From positions 4,411 through 68,410 of the IMG/VR virus record IMGVR_UViG_3300027809_000006: a DNA stretch of 64,000 nucleotides, one strand, 5' to 3'. The notes under the pieces are model-generated. The model saw only the letters and a program-made list of their open reading frames with translations, did no database searches and was not told the origin of the DNA. Source of the DNA: a virus. Its lineage: Duplodnaviria > Caudoviricetes. Positions 54,380-64,000 of the stretch are shown piece by piece (the first letter of the stretch is position 1; each line of letters begins with the position of its first letter). The position numbers and the translations under genes were made by a program.

Positions 54380-55873
54380 TCAAGCATAGTAACAAGAAAT
54401 CCATCCACTTGCAGGATTATATACCTGTAAATAACGATAAGTTAGTGTAGTGATAATACGACTTGGGGAGTTAATTGTACTATAACCAGTAATAACTGTA
54501 CCACTTGGGGCTTCATATGTACCATTTGTGGGATTGTAGAAATCAAGTTCATTTCTTGAAACTAACCTACTTTGGATTTGATTAACACGATCATTTGCCC
54601 ATGCTAATGCACGAGCTTCAATACGGGAATTTAAATCACCAAGTTCAGAAGTAGATACCTGACCACCAGTATTAATAGAAAACTTCTCGGCACCGTTATA
54701 TTGAATTTTATACTTACCATCACCAGTATCGTAATAAGCATTCCAAGTATTAGTCCCATTATTAAAACTAATAAGCGGAAAAGATGCTTTTTGGATAGTA
54801 AGATTACCAGTCATAGTGTCACCAGTTTTGGCAACTTTGGCATTTAGTGCAGTAGTGGTAGCCGTACTTACAGGTTTGTTTAAATCTGAAGTATTGTCAA
54901 CATTACCAAGACCAAGAGTAGTTCTCTGAGCACTAGCATCTACATCATCAACAAGTGCACGACCAGCAGAAGTAAAATCAGCCAATGCAGCTGTACCACT
55001 ACCTGTAAAATAAGGTACTTTATCAGCAGCTGAAGTTAGTCCAGCAATAGCAGAAAGTTCTGCATCCTGAGCTTGAACATCAGTACCAATAACAAGACCG
55101 AGATTACTTCTTGCATTAGCAGCAGTAGAGGCACCAGTACCACCATCAGCAATTGCCAAATCAGTAATACCAGTAATTGAACCACCAGTAATATTAACGT
55201 CATTTGATGCAAGTGTACCACTAAAAGTAACACCAGAAATAGAACCACCGGTAATTGCTACACTGTTTGAAGTAACAGAGCCTGAAAAACTACCACCAGT
55301 AATGGATACTGAGTTAGAGTTCTGAGTTGCCATACTTCCTAAACCAATAGTGGTTCGTACAGCAGCAGCATCTACATCATCCAAGATGGTACGACCAAAT
55401 GGAGTTAATGCAGTAGTTGCATAAGCATCAGGGGCGGTCGTGTAGATCATCTGATTTGCTGCGGTAGTTAAAGCACTAATACTTGCAAGAGCAGCATTCC
55501 AAGCAATAGACCAAATCCAAACAGCTGCACCAGCAGTTGCATCTACACAAACATAAAAAGTATCAGCAGTTGTGTTAACCCAAATAGAGCCTACAGCATA
55601 ACCATCATTTATATCATCATTTGCAGTTGGGGCAACTGTAGCATTCAATTTATGAATACCACCAGTACCACCATTAACTATTGGTAACATACCAGTAATA
55701 GATGTAACTAGATTAATTTTAGGACCTTCACCCACAGTACCATCATGGGTATGACCACTGGTTCCATCAGCAAAGTTCTGAATTGCATTAAATTCTGCAT
55801 TTAGGGGAGCAGCAAAAATAGTCTGACCATCGATAATGTCAGCAGAAGATTGCCTAGTATAACTATTACCCAT
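54380..55873 (-). CDS. Tail fibre protein
   Basis: YTRQ...LNAEFNAI...GHTHDG head-binding region; SITGG repeats; GLGNVDNTSD..KPVS; C-terminal APSGTVITG...YRYLQ. Confidence 0.9.
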   Translation of the reverse strand: MGNSYTRQSSADIIDGQTIFAAPLNAEFNAIQNFADGTSGHTHDGTVGEGPKINLVTSITGMLPIVNGGTGGIHKLNATVAPTANDDINDGYAVGSIWVNTTADTFYVCVDATAGAAVWIWSIAWNAALASISALTTAANQMIYTTAPDAYATTALTPFGRTILDDVDAAAVRTTIGLGSMATQNSNSVSITGGSFSGSVTSNSVAITGGSISGVTFSGTLASNDVNITGGSITGITDLAIADGGTGASTAANARSNLGLVIGTDVQAQDAELSAIAGLTSAADKVPYFTGSGTAALADFTSAGRALVDDVDASAQRTTLGLGNVDNTSDLNKPVSTATTTALNAKVAKTGDTMTGNLTIQKASFPLISFNNGTNTWNAYYDTGDGKYKIQYNGAEKFSINTGGQVSTSELGDLNSRIEARALAWANDRVNQIQSRLVSRNELDFYNPTNGTYEAPSGTVITGYSTINSPSRIITTLTYRYLQVYNPASGWISCYYA

Positions 55874-57456
55874 TATTTCCTTCCTTCTACGGTGTAATCA
55901 ATAAGAATGCCTTGGATTGAGTAAGGGGCCGCAGCGTCAAATGTAGTAAACTTTATTTGTAATGAGAAACCAGAACCTTCAACTGGAGAAATGAGAACAG
56001 GTGCTGTTGGTGAAGAATAGATTGCAATACCATAAACATCTTCTCCAAACATACTATCGTCACTTTCTCTATAAAAGTCGTAGTTAGTTAGGTTTTCTTT
56101 AATTGTATCAGCCCAATCGTAGCTCATCTTTGCATTAACTGTGACGTTGCCTTCAGGTCGAATGAACAATCTCAGTTTTCTATAAGTCTTACGAATACCA
56201 GCAGAACTAAAATCCAGATAAGGAGTACTATAGACTGCCTGAACATACTCACCAGCAAAAGTGTTACCAACCTCTTGTCTATAAACACGACCATCATAAT
56301 CACCATGGATTACAAACTCAGTAGCATTAATATACTTAGAAGTAGCACAAGAAGCTCGAATACCTTTACTCCTACTCCACTCCCAACTATTACTACCATC
56401 TGAATTAGGACGAAGGCACCCAATAATACCAAATGTAGCACTAGGTTCTTTGGAAGGGGAGGAGAAGAAAAATCTAACCTGAGATTTAGCTCGAATAAGA
56501 ACAGAACAAAGTTCATTCATACTATTACTAGCAACTTCAGATGTAACTAACTGTTGAATTTTCCTACTTAAGCTTTCAATATTAACGTCACCAATGTAGT
56601 TAGTACCTGCAATCGGCCTAAATCCATCCTGAGACAGGAACATCAAATTACCATCTACTTCTTGTACACTATCAGATGCTAAACATCCAATACTGGAAGT
56701 AACACCATTAAGGACAAAAGAGGTTTGAGAAACTTCAATTTTTTTGATATTTGTAGTACCAAACACGTAAAGTGCATCACGGAATGGTTTAATTTGGTTT
56801 ACAAGATAACCAGCAGGTAACTGACCTGCACCACTAGCTGCAAGAAAGTCATATTCAACAAGAGGTGCTGAATGGAATACGATATTATCTTGTGCCAAGA
56901 ACAAATGGTTCTTAAATACATCTACATAAGATGGGGCTTCAATAGCCTGATCACCACCAGCAGTAGCATAAGTTAGTCCATTATTACTTGTAAGAATTTG
57001 TGTCCAGTTAGTGCCATCATAAACCATAGCTGGATTAACACCATCGACAAAACAAATCTTGGGTGTGCCATTAAAGTTAAATTCTTTATACCTGATACGA
57101 AGTACATCATTAGAGTTTTTACTAAAAACAGTAGGCATTTTAGTCCAACCAGAACCAGAATAGTAATAAAAATCGTATGTACTATCAGCTTGTTGTTTAC
57201 GTGCTACAATGATTGTTTCATCATAAAATGCAATTCCAAGAATGCGACCTTCTGCACCAGTTGGATCAACTTCTGCATATAGTTCATCTAAAGGTTGGAA
57301 ACCTGAGAGTCGTCTATATCCACCATAAAGAGAGGCCTCAAAGTTAATTAGTTCAACAGCACTCCCCGGCTCATTATCTGAAAGCTGAATGTGATTGATA
57401 TTAGAGTTAAGGCCACCAACACAGACGACCTTTTGACTCTCAAGTTGTTCCATCAT
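55873..57456 (-). CDS. Tail tubular protein B / nozzle (P22 gp10-like)
   Basis: GGLNSN...AVELINFE...GGYRRLSGF; beta-propeller-like repeats; IGCLASDSVQEVDGNLMFLSQDGFR. Confidence 0.8.
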   Translation of the reverse strand: MMEQLESQKVVCVGGLNSNINHIQLSDNEPGSAVELINFEASLYGGYRRLSGFQPLDELYAEVDPTGAEGRILGIAFYDETIIVARKQQADSTYDFYYYSGSGWTKMPTVFSKNSNDVLRIRYKEFNFNGTPKICFVDGVNPAMVYDGTNWTQILTSNNGLTYATAGGDQAIEAPSYVDVFKNHLFLAQDNIVFHSAPLVEYDFLAASGAGQLPAGYLVNQIKPFRDALYVFGTTNIKKIEVSQTSFVLNGVTSSIGCLASDSVQEVDGNLMFLSQDGFRPIAGTNYIGDVNIESLSRKIQQLVTSEVASNSMNELCSVLIRAKSQVRFFFSSPSKEPSATFGIIGCLRPNSDGSNSWEWSRSKGIRASCATSKYINATEFVIHGDYDGRVYRQEVGNTFAGEYVQAVYSTPYLDFSSAGIRKTYRKLRLFIRPEGNVTVNAKMSYDWADTIKENLTNYDFYRESDDSMFGEDVYGIAIYSSPTAPVLISPVEGSGFSLQIKFTTFDAAAPYSIQGILIDYTVEGRK

Positions 57457-58184
57457 ATATGATAGCCTCCGCTTCTATAAACAGGTCCACCAAAATTTAT
57501 ACGAGTGTCAAAAACACCACTAGGTGAAGTTTTTACAAGTTGGAAATACATGTTTTTAATACCATCACGAAATTTGGTTTCAGCGATAGAATAACCTTGA
57601 GGGTTTTCCCTAAATAGATTCATATGATATAGGGCACCAAAAACAATAATATTATCAAATTGTACAGGTATATCAGTCCTATCCAAAGGATTGACTAAAA
57701 TTACAGGATTTTTAAAGTAACTGTAAGTTAGAGTATACTCTTTGTCAGGGATAGGAGTAACACCAAAGCCATTTGAGTTAGTTTTAAATATACGTCTTGG
57801 TACTGATAAACCATTTACTTTATTGTCAGTATCAATATCAACTTGTGCTTCTCTCCACTCATCAATATCTACTTCTTCTAGAGTGTCACTATTGTTAATA
57901 CCAACAAGAGGATCAATCTGAATTTGAAAACTTTTCCAATCTGCTACTTTAAAGTCATCAGGAAATGAATATTCAGTTTGACCTTTAACTAGTACTTGAG
58001 TATCAGTGGCTGCATGGTATGGCCACTCCCACCTCTGTTGGTTTATTTCAGAAATAGCATCTAATACAGAGTCTTTACACAAAGATTGAATGCCGCGGGC
58101 ACTGTTGAAATTTGACTCTGTGAGTTCTACTTCATTGATTTTACGAATTACTCGATTAGTCAATTCAAGATATGTACTGCCCAT
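57453..58184 (-). CDS. Tail adaptor / tubular protein A
   Basis: TYLELTNRVIRKINEVEL...DAISEIN...WPY...IPVQFDNIIVFGA. Confidence 0.8.
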   Translation of the reverse strand: MGSTYLELTNRVIRKINEVELTESNFNSARGIQSLCKDSVLDAISEINQQRWEWPYHAATDTQVLVKGQTEYSFPDDFKVADWKSFQIQIDPLVGINNSDTLEEVDIDEWREAQVDIDTDNKVNGLSVPRRIFKTNSNGFGVTPIPDKEYTLTYSYFKNPVILVNPLDRTDIPVQFDNIIVFGALYHMNLFRENPQGYSIAETKFRDGIKNMYFQLVKTSPSGVFDTRINFGGPVYRSGGYHI

Positions 58185-58193
58185 TTTAATTCC

Positions 58194-58439
58194 TTAAATA
58201 AAATCTTTGAGACCACCACTAAGGGCAAATTTAATGAATACAAGAATAACAGCACCCCAAATTGTAAAGTTTAAGTTTTTTGCTGTTTGTTTAATTTCTT
58301 TAAGTTCATCCTTAAGTTCGGCGAACTCTTTTTTCATATATTCAGAATTAAGTCTATGTTCACTCAGAGAAACTTCAATAAGAGTTCTCCAGTCTTCAAG
58401 AGCTTTAATACGTTGTTCTAAGTCCATAACTAACTCCAT
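58194..58439 (-). CDS. Coiled-coil protein with C-terminal TM (XhlA/holin-like)
   Basis: LEQRIKALE...coiled coil...IWGAVILVFIKFAL. Confidence 0.65.
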   Translation of the reverse strand: MELVMDLEQRIKALEDWRTLIEVSLSEHRLNSEYMKKEFAELKDELKEIKQTAKNLNFTIWGAVILVFIKFALSGGLKDFI

Positions 58440-58440
58440 T

Positions 58441-58469
58441 AAATAAACCGGGGGTTATTACACCCCCGG
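58441..58469 (-). terminator. Intrinsic terminator after the capsid genes
   Basis: CCGGGGGT/ACCCCCGG 8-bp stem followed (minus strand) by TTTATTT. Confidence 0.75.
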
Positions 58470-58481
58470 AATAGTAGTTAA

Positions 58482-58982
58482 TTAAGACTTCGGCTGAGCG
58501 ATAGCACCACGAGATTCTCCGGTGACATCAACAACTACTGCCCACACCATGACTTTACCACCAGTTACGGTGCCAGTCTGAGTAGCAATAAGAATATCAA
58601 TAGTATCCGAAGAGGCAAGGATAAGTGCCGGGGTCTGTACGCCAGCAGGGGTGCCATAGGAACCAACAGCAGCAGCGTCAAAATCCCAACCATCGACATA
58701 GATGTCAGCGTCAACACCAGTGATACCAATATCAAAAGTGAGGTCCGTAGACGTACCTGTCATTGCAGTGGTCTTTTGAGCACCTGCCGTAAGAACCTGA
58801 ACACCTGCCGGAAGGCGAAGAACCTCAATGACATCAGCAGCAGCAAGGGCAGAACCCTTAGCAGTTGCAGCGGCCGCAAGATCAACTTCCTTCCAGATTT
58901 TATAGGCGAAGTTCGAGTTGTCCATAACACGCGGAGGCAGGTTAGCACTCAGCGGATTAGCGAGGGACGTAATAGTAGCCAT
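58482..58982 (-). CDS. Capsid decoration/cement-like protein
   Basis: AAADVIEVLRLPAGVQVL...FDIGITG...DTIDIL...GKVMVWAVV, immediately after the MCP. Confidence 0.7.
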   Translation of the reverse strand: MATITSLANPLSANLPPRVMDNSNFAYKIWKEVDLAAAATAKGSALAAADVIEVLRLPAGVQVLTAGAQKTTAMTGTSTDLTFDIGITGVDADIYVDGWDFDAAAVGSYGTPAGVQTPALILASSDTIDILIATQTGTVTGGKVMVWAVVVDVTGESRGAIAQPKS

Positions 58983-59003
58983 TCAAATATCTCCTTCTTA
59001 AGA

Positions 59004-60050
59004 TTAGTTGGCTTTGTTGTAGGCTGCACGTACGAGACCCTGAGGCTTCAGGATTTTACGACCGTACATATGCATACCACGAACAATGTCGGAGAAGCCG
59101 AACGGAGAACGGAAGGTTTCCGTCTTATTGATCTGTTCAGCAGTAGCTACCGAGGCGTCATGACCTGCAACAATCAAACCGTAGTCAGTTGCAGAGCCAT
59201 TGTTGTCAAGGACAGCAGGACCAGAACCGATGTACGGGAGGTTGTTGGAGAGGTAGATACGGAAGCCATAAACTGCGTTAGCAGAGAGCTTACCGTTAGA
59301 AAGCTGTTCGCTGTCCTGATAGAACTGGTTCATGAACTTAGAATTTTCGTCCATGAGGATTTCCATAAAGACCGGATCAACTACGATCCAGCGGCCTTCC
59401 TTCGGAACGTTCTGCTGATCGAGCAGACGGTTCATACGGTTAAGGACCTGAAGCGGAGTTACATCGTAAGTACCCTGAGTACCAACAGCAAGCGAGTCCG
59501 TAGAAGCGCCACCAGATACGAAAGCATTACGAGCCAGCTTATGAATACCGAACAGTTCGTCAGCATCAGCACCAGACTCAGACTTAGTACCAACAGCAGT
59601 CGTACGAGCCTGCCAAGCACCATCAAACGTCAGACGCTCGAAACCAGTAAGGTAGCCGAGAACGTCAGCATCGTATTCCTGTGCCAGACGATAAGCTGCA
59701 CGATCCGTTGCCAGATCAAGCCAGTTAACATGGGATTGCTTCTTTTCAATATCATCGATCTGGAACTGGAATGCGTTCGCACGATCAACAATAAGGGTGA
59801 AGTCTTCGTCCTGAAGGTCCTGAGACGTCATCTGAGTACCACGAGCGTACTTAGAGATCGCGATTTCAGGTTCCTTGATGATCTGAACAGAGTCACCATA
59901 GTTCGAGATTTCGCCGAAGTAGTCAGAATTGGTAATGTCTTCAACAACAGAGGTCTTGCGGAACTGCTTCTGAACCTTCTGCGAGTAGATTACCGGGCTA
60001 AATTTGCCATTAGGCAGGTTGCTATAGCCAGTTGCACTTTGAAATGCCAT
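59004..60050 (-). CDS. Major capsid protein
   Basis: ATG 60050 after AGGAG; FSPVIYSQKV...ITNSDYFGEI..GDSVQIIKEP...FGFSDIVRGMHMYGRKILKP. Confidence 0.93.
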   Translation of the reverse strand: MAFQSATGYSNLPNGKFSPVIYSQKVQKQFRKTSVVEDITNSDYFGEISNYGDSVQIIKEPEIAISKYARGTQMTSQDLQDEDFTLIVDRANAFQFQIDDIEKKQSHVNWLDLATDRAAYRLAQEYDADVLGYLTGFERLTFDGAWQARTTAVGTKSESGADADELFGIHKLARNAFVSGGASTDSLAVGTQGTYDVTPLQVLNRMNRLLDQQNVPKEGRWIVVDPVFMEILMDENSKFMNQFYQDSEQLSNGKLSANAVYGFRIYLSNNLPYIGSGPAVLDNNGSATDYGLIVAGHDASVATAEQINKTETFRSPFGFSDIVRGMHMYGRKILKPQGLVRAAYNKAN

Positions 60051-60196
60051 ATTTATATCTCCTAAATTAAATTGATTTATTGTGTGAGAATAGATCAAAT
60101 ATCTAGGGAGGTCATTCTTTTATAGGTATCCCATAAGGGGCTAATTAAGATTGAGTATTCCTTTGTATTTTATTCTATGTCAGTAAGTTTTTACTA

Positions 60197-60988
60197 TTAA
60201 CGAGCACCACCAGTTAAATCATAATGAAACTTACCCTTGCGCATTGCATCCATAATCTTGGTTTCATTCTGTTCATACCAACGACGATTATTTTTGCTTT
60301 CACGTTCGACCTGACTTTCAGAGAATTCATAGTCACCACCAAAAGAAGGTTCTTCGACTGCACGACTAGAGCGAACTGCCTCAGCTGCTCCACGGCCATC
60401 AAATTCTTCCTCTACCTTAGAGGACTTTCCTTTGTTCTTATACATATTGATGACAAAATCAGCCTCATCCACATCAAGAGAACGATAAATCGCATCCTGA
60501 TACTTCTGCTTCTGTGTCTTCAACCACGTATGGAAGGCTTCATCCTTCGCCAACTTGTCAAAGTCGGGATGTAGTTTACGGAGAGCTACAAGAGCTTTCT
60601 CCACTTCGAGTTGCTTCTGTTGTACAGAAAGTTCCTCAATAGTTTTCCGAGTTGTAGAGGTAGACTCTTCAATCCGCTTCTGAACAATTGTTTCCAGAAT
60701 GGATGCAAACTCAGGATATTCCTTAGTCCAAGCTTCAATTTCATCATCGGACTTCGGTGGTTTAATCTGGCCCCGGAGAGCCTGATCAAGTTTCTGTTTC
60801 AGCGTTTCAATTTCGGCCTTACTTTCAGACTTGATCTGATTGATATACCGATCTTTATCCCCTGCTCGCTTCTTCCAAATTTCTTCTTCAACAGTAGCAG
60901 CAGGTTCTTGATACTCTCGTTCGAGTGCTTCAAGAGCTTCAGTTTCGAGGGATTCAAGTTCCTTACGGGGATTACGATATTTAGTCAT
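60197..60988 (-). CDS. Capsid scaffolding protein
   Basis: Charged coiled coil upstream of the MCP; WKKR..D, HPDF, IMDAMRKGKFHYD; ATG 60988 after AAGGAG. Confidence 0.8.
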   Translation of the reverse strand: MTKYRNPRKELESLETEALEALEREYQEPAATVEEEIWKKRAGDKDRYINQIKSESKAEIETLKQKLDQALRGQIKPPKSDDEIEAWTKEYPEFASILETIVQKRIEESTSTTRKTIEELSVQQKQLEVEKALVALRKLHPDFDKLAKDEAFHTWLKTQKQKYQDAIYRSLDVDEADFVINMYKNKGKSSKVEEEFDGRGAAEAVRSSRAVEEPSFGGDYEFSESQVERESKNNRRWYEQNETKIMDAMRKGKFHYDLTGGAR

Positions 60989-61049
60989 TTGTTCTCCTTT
61001 GGGCCACAAGTGTTCTCACTATGAGAGGTTGAGGGTAGCCAATTAGTTG

Positions 61050-63341
61050 TTAACGTTCGTCACGATCATCAGGTGATCCAGACGAGTTGGCAGCTTTGCC
61101 TCCAGAGTTTGAACCACTCTGGTTATTTCCAGACTCATGACCACCACTATCACTACCGCTGCCACTAGAATTACTACTATTTGAAGTAGAGCTAGTGTCA
61201 TTCTGAGAGGTAGTATCTTTTTGGTTACTCTGTTGAGTACTGGACTGTGCACTTTCCATTGTATTCATACTATCCATTAGACCACTATTGGCCGATGGAG
61301 CGGAAGTTGCATCAGTATTGAAGGCAGTCTGAGCCTGTACCATATCAAGGGCACCTTGACCGATAGACTGCGTTGTAGCTTTAGATTGATACTCAGGAAG
61401 TGATCCAAATGTATGGGCACCAATTTGTGTACGATCAGCCATAGAAGCAGACCAACCGGGATTAACCGTATTGGCATGATAGCTAGTAAAGCCAAGGTTC
61501 TGTGTTGGGTCTGTTACAAACGAATCAACTAAGCCGTCATACAATCCTTTATTAAGACCATAATTCTTATTAGCTGTATTAGCGGCAGCCATGTTACTCC
61601 AAGTACTATATTGATTGGGAGCGTTAATGGCATCTGTAATAGAACCATATTTACCAACTCGGTTTTCAATAGTAGACAGGATACCCATAGCTTCCTTACG
61701 ACCATCTTCTGTGGAAAGGTCAGTTTTACTAGTATCAATTTCACCAGCAAGTGTAGCAGCCATAAGACTACGATCTTCAGGTGTAATATCAGCAAACCTA
61801 TCAATACCAACAGGATTGGCAGTTGTCATATTATTCATTAGGCCCAAACCAGTACCAAGAGAAGGTTCAGTTGTTTGAGCAATAGCATCTGTGAGTTCAG
61901 GTCTAGATGTAGGAGTAGGTGCCTTATCAGCGACCTGATCGTAATAACTAGATGGCATCAAACCATATTCACGAGAATAATCTAATGTGCCTGCAAGCTC
62001 TTTACCAAGAGAACCCCACTGAGCACCAAGACCGGGATGTTGACTAAGATCAAGAGTATCCATATGCATAGTTTTACCACCCATATACTCAGGACCCATA
62101 CCAAAGTTACCACCATATCTGGCAGCAAAACCTTGAGCTACATCTTGAATAGCCTGTTTATCAGCAGGATTGGCAGTATTAAGTGAGCGACCATTTGGGT
62201 CCTTAATATCCAAGTCAGCTGCGACACCAGATGGATGCCTATGAGCAGACCCTACAGGAGAACGTCCTTCTGGTTCCATACCAGAAGTAACATTAACTGT
62301 ATATCCAGAGCCAAGAACATCAGTAACAACATCTGCTACTTTATGTTCAACACCACTGGAGGGTTTTTCACTACGACCCTTACCTGCAAGATCATAACTT
62401 ATACCAGCCATCTGACGAGCTGGAAGATCACCCATTCCCATACCTCTTGCAAGATCATAAGATGGATTACTTACAGGAGCATTATTCACTGCCCTATCAG
62501 TTTGTGTCTTTGTACTTGTAGATATAGCTTTATCTTTAGCACTCATAGTTCTATCTCTAACAGAACCAAAAACATTATCTGCCAGAGAGCCAAGGAAGCT
62601 CTTATCAGGTTTTACACCAGCCGCTTTAGCAGCATCAATAGAAGCTTTCTTTTCTTCTTTAGTAGCTTCTTTTAGTGTTACACCCTGAGTTAAAGCTCTT
62701 TGTCTAGCTTCATTGGGGGTAAGAGTAGTACGACCTTTAGCATCAGCGGCTTCAAGACCTACAGAGTATACTTCATCACCGATTTTAACATCAGCTACAT
62801 ATCCCTGTGGATCACCAAACACATTCTTTAATCCACCAGAAAGGTAGTTAGGTTCTAGTCCAAGAAACTCACGAGCCTTACCTGTAGCATGGGTATTTTG
62901 TACACCCATCATTGCACCAACAGCTTTGGCACCCATGCCAACCAATCCGGGCATACGGGAAGCAAGTCCTAAGACTGCTGTAGGTTTATCTACATAACGA
63001 AAGTTATTAGATGCCGATGGTTCATTTGCTGGATTAAAGTAATCTTTAGTGCCACCCTGATTTTCACTTTCATGAAGAAGAGGGTTCTTAACAAATCCAT
63101 TAGTGTTTTTAGCACCACTTGCATTCTTAGAACTAGAAGTAGTAGGAGTTTGATCGAACATACTAGAAAAGGGATTACTAGCACTATCGTATGCTGGAAT
63201 ATTTGATTGATCGATGACTTGGTAATCACTGAGGTTATTAATAATGGAACCTGTTGCAGCGTCAATGAAAGATACTTCAGGTTGTCCTAAAGCATTCTGT
63301 TCAATAACCCTAACTGCCCACTTATCGTCATTACTTGCCAT
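61050..63341 (-). CDS. Virion-associated peptidoglycan hydrolase with M15-like peptidase and SleB-like (Hydrolase_2) domains
   Basis: VTSG...HPSGVAAD...MHMD (Zn H-x6-D..H); ATLAGE...IENRV...PNQYSTW...YHAN...QIGAHTF; Ser/Asn-rich tail. Confidence 0.75.
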   Translation of the reverse strand: MASNDDKWAVRVIEQNALGQPEVSFIDAATGSIINNLSDYQVIDQSNIPAYDSASNPFSSMFDQTPTTSSSKNASGAKNTNGFVKNPLLHESENQGGTKDYFNPANEPSASNNFRYVDKPTAVLGLASRMPGLVGMGAKAVGAMMGVQNTHATGKAREFLGLEPNYLSGGLKNVFGDPQGYVADVKIGDEVYSVGLEAADAKGRTTLTPNEARQRALTQGVTLKEATKEEKKASIDAAKAAGVKPDKSFLGSLADNVFGSVRDRTMSAKDKAISTSTKTQTDRAVNNAPVSNPSYDLARGMGMGDLPARQMAGISYDLAGKGRSEKPSSGVEHKVADVVTDVLGSGYTVNVTSGMEPEGRSPVGSAHRHPSGVAADLDIKDPNGRSLNTANPADKQAIQDVAQGFAARYGGNFGMGPEYMGGKTMHMDTLDLSQHPGLGAQWGSLGKELAGTLDYSREYGLMPSSYYDQVADKAPTPTSRPELTDAIAQTTEPSLGTGLGLMNNMTTANPVGIDRFADITPEDRSLMAATLAGEIDTSKTDLSTEDGRKEAMGILSTIENRVGKYGSITDAINAPNQYSTWSNMAAANTANKNYGLNKGLYDGLVDSFVTDPTQNLGFTSYHANTVNPGWSASMADRTQIGAHTFGSLPEYQSKATTQSIGQGALDMVQAQTAFNTDATSAPSANSGLMDSMNTMESAQSSTQQSNQKDTTSQNDTSSTSNSSNSSGSGSDSGGHESGNNQSGSNSGGKAANSSGSPDDRDER

Positions 63342-63342
63342 A

Positions 63343-63558
63343 TCAATCCCTCGGGTTGTTAACTTCGTCTCTGATACTCTTCAGTCGTTTAAGTTCATCA
63401 ATGGCACCCTGAGTTCTACGAAGTTCATCAATTGTATCCACCTTTGTTAAGGCTTCTTTAAGGAACTCAATTCGAAGATCAACGTAGAACTTAAGGGCAT
63501 CCATATTAGACTTATCATTTACCAAGAGGTAGAGTTGACTAGCCTGTTCTTTTTTCAT
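63343..63558 (-). CDS. Small protein between the portal and hydrolase genes
   Basis: 71 aa; ELRRTQGAIDELKRLKSIRDEV is typical of this locus in podoviruses. Confidence 0.75.
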   Translation of the reverse strand: MKKEQASQLYLLVNDKSNMDALKFYVDLRIEFLKEALTKVDTIDELRRTQGAIDELKRLKSIRDEVNNPRD

Positions 63559-64000
63559 TAGCCAGAAAATCCTTCTGCACCGGGTTCGGGAGCATTACCG
63601 GGAGCAATGTTTCCACCACCATTTCCAGTAGGATCACTTGGGTTAGGAACACCACCCTTAGCACCTTGTGCATTTGGATCAGTAGCACCAACTCCCTGTG
63701 CACCAGCAGCTTGAGCAACCTTACGCATAAGGACAGCTTGAATAGCAGCGGCTCTAGGGTCGTTAACTACCTTCTCTTCATCAAGGTCAAGAGATGCGGC
63801 ATATTCCCTAAGGATGTAATCCCATTTAATAAAGGGTGCCATAGCAGGGTTAGGAGAAGCAAACTGTGCAAGCTGAAGAAGACGTTGAGAGCGAATTTCA
63901 TTTCGCATCAAAGACTCAGTACCCTTGGCAACTACTGCAAGATTTCCAATATAATCCTGATCAAAATTGAATTGCATATTGAATGCAAACAATGCTCGAC
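63558..64000 (-). CDS. Portal protein, C-terminal part (start outside the window)
   Basis: Frame open to the right edge; FNMQF...LAVVAKGTESLMRNEIRSQRLLQ...LREYAASLDLDEEKVVND resembles SIO1-like portals. Confidence 0.8.
   Translation of the reverse strand, partial: RALFAFNMQFNFDQDYIGNLAVVAKGTESLMRNEIRSQRLLQLAQFASPNPAMAPFIKWDYILREYAASLDLDEEKVVNDPRAAAIQAVLMRKVAQAAGAQGVGATDPNAQGAKGGVPNPSDPTGNGGGNIAPGNAPEPGAEGFSG

Noticed and set aside
55180-55330. Triple SITGG repeats in the tail fibre
   Set aside because: A common trimeric fibre shaft repeat, not novel.
58776-60065. 429-aa + strand ORF
   Set aside because: Antisense shadow of the major capsid gene.
1-64000. Alternative genetic code or stop-codon recoding
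   Set aside because: Core genes translate full-length with the standard code, and TAA, TAG and TGA are all used as stops.

Overview
The window is almost certainly most of a lytic podovirus genome with SIO1/cobavirus (Zobellviridae)-like architecture. An alphaproteobacterial (Rhizobiaceae-like) host is inferred, not shown. A left-truncated terminase large subunit gene (minus strand, 1573 to the left edge; missing from the ORF track) and a small-terminase-like gene lie left of a ~850-bp repeat-rich noncoding region with divergent sigma70 promoters. From ~3 kb to 44.7 kb all credible genes are on the + strand. They comprise early/membrane proteins, a tRNA-Leu(UAA), a phiEco32/PaP3-type peptide-ligase cluster (class I and two class II glutamine amidotransferases, ATP-grasp, amidoligase, COOH-NH2 ligase, two gamma-glutamylcyclotransferases), T7-like primase-helicase, DNA polymerase A, SSB, exo/endonucleases, ThyX, glutaredoxin, MazG-like, class II RNR and an HD hydrolase. 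They meet the minus-strand virion/lysis arm (internal virion proteins, spanins, lysozyme, holin, tail, capsid, scaffold, dual peptidoglycan hydrolase, right-truncated portal) at a bidirectional terminator at ~44.7 kb. No RNA polymerase, integrase or CRISPR array was seen. The standout observation is that 14 small, otherwise divergent ORFs between 9977 and 27730, most with an SH3/KOW-like 'F-x-V-G-D-x-V' start, all end in the same C-terminal peptide, (L)x-Y-D-P-x-Q-Q-G-D-x-(D/E)-E-D-I-stop. The tail is conserved at protein level (synonymous codons vary freely), is near-identical at DNA level in some pairs, and is interleaved almost one-for-one with the glutamine/gamma-glutamyl ligase enzymes. 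This suggests an undescribed phage peptide-tag (Pup/RiPP-like or docking-tag) system.
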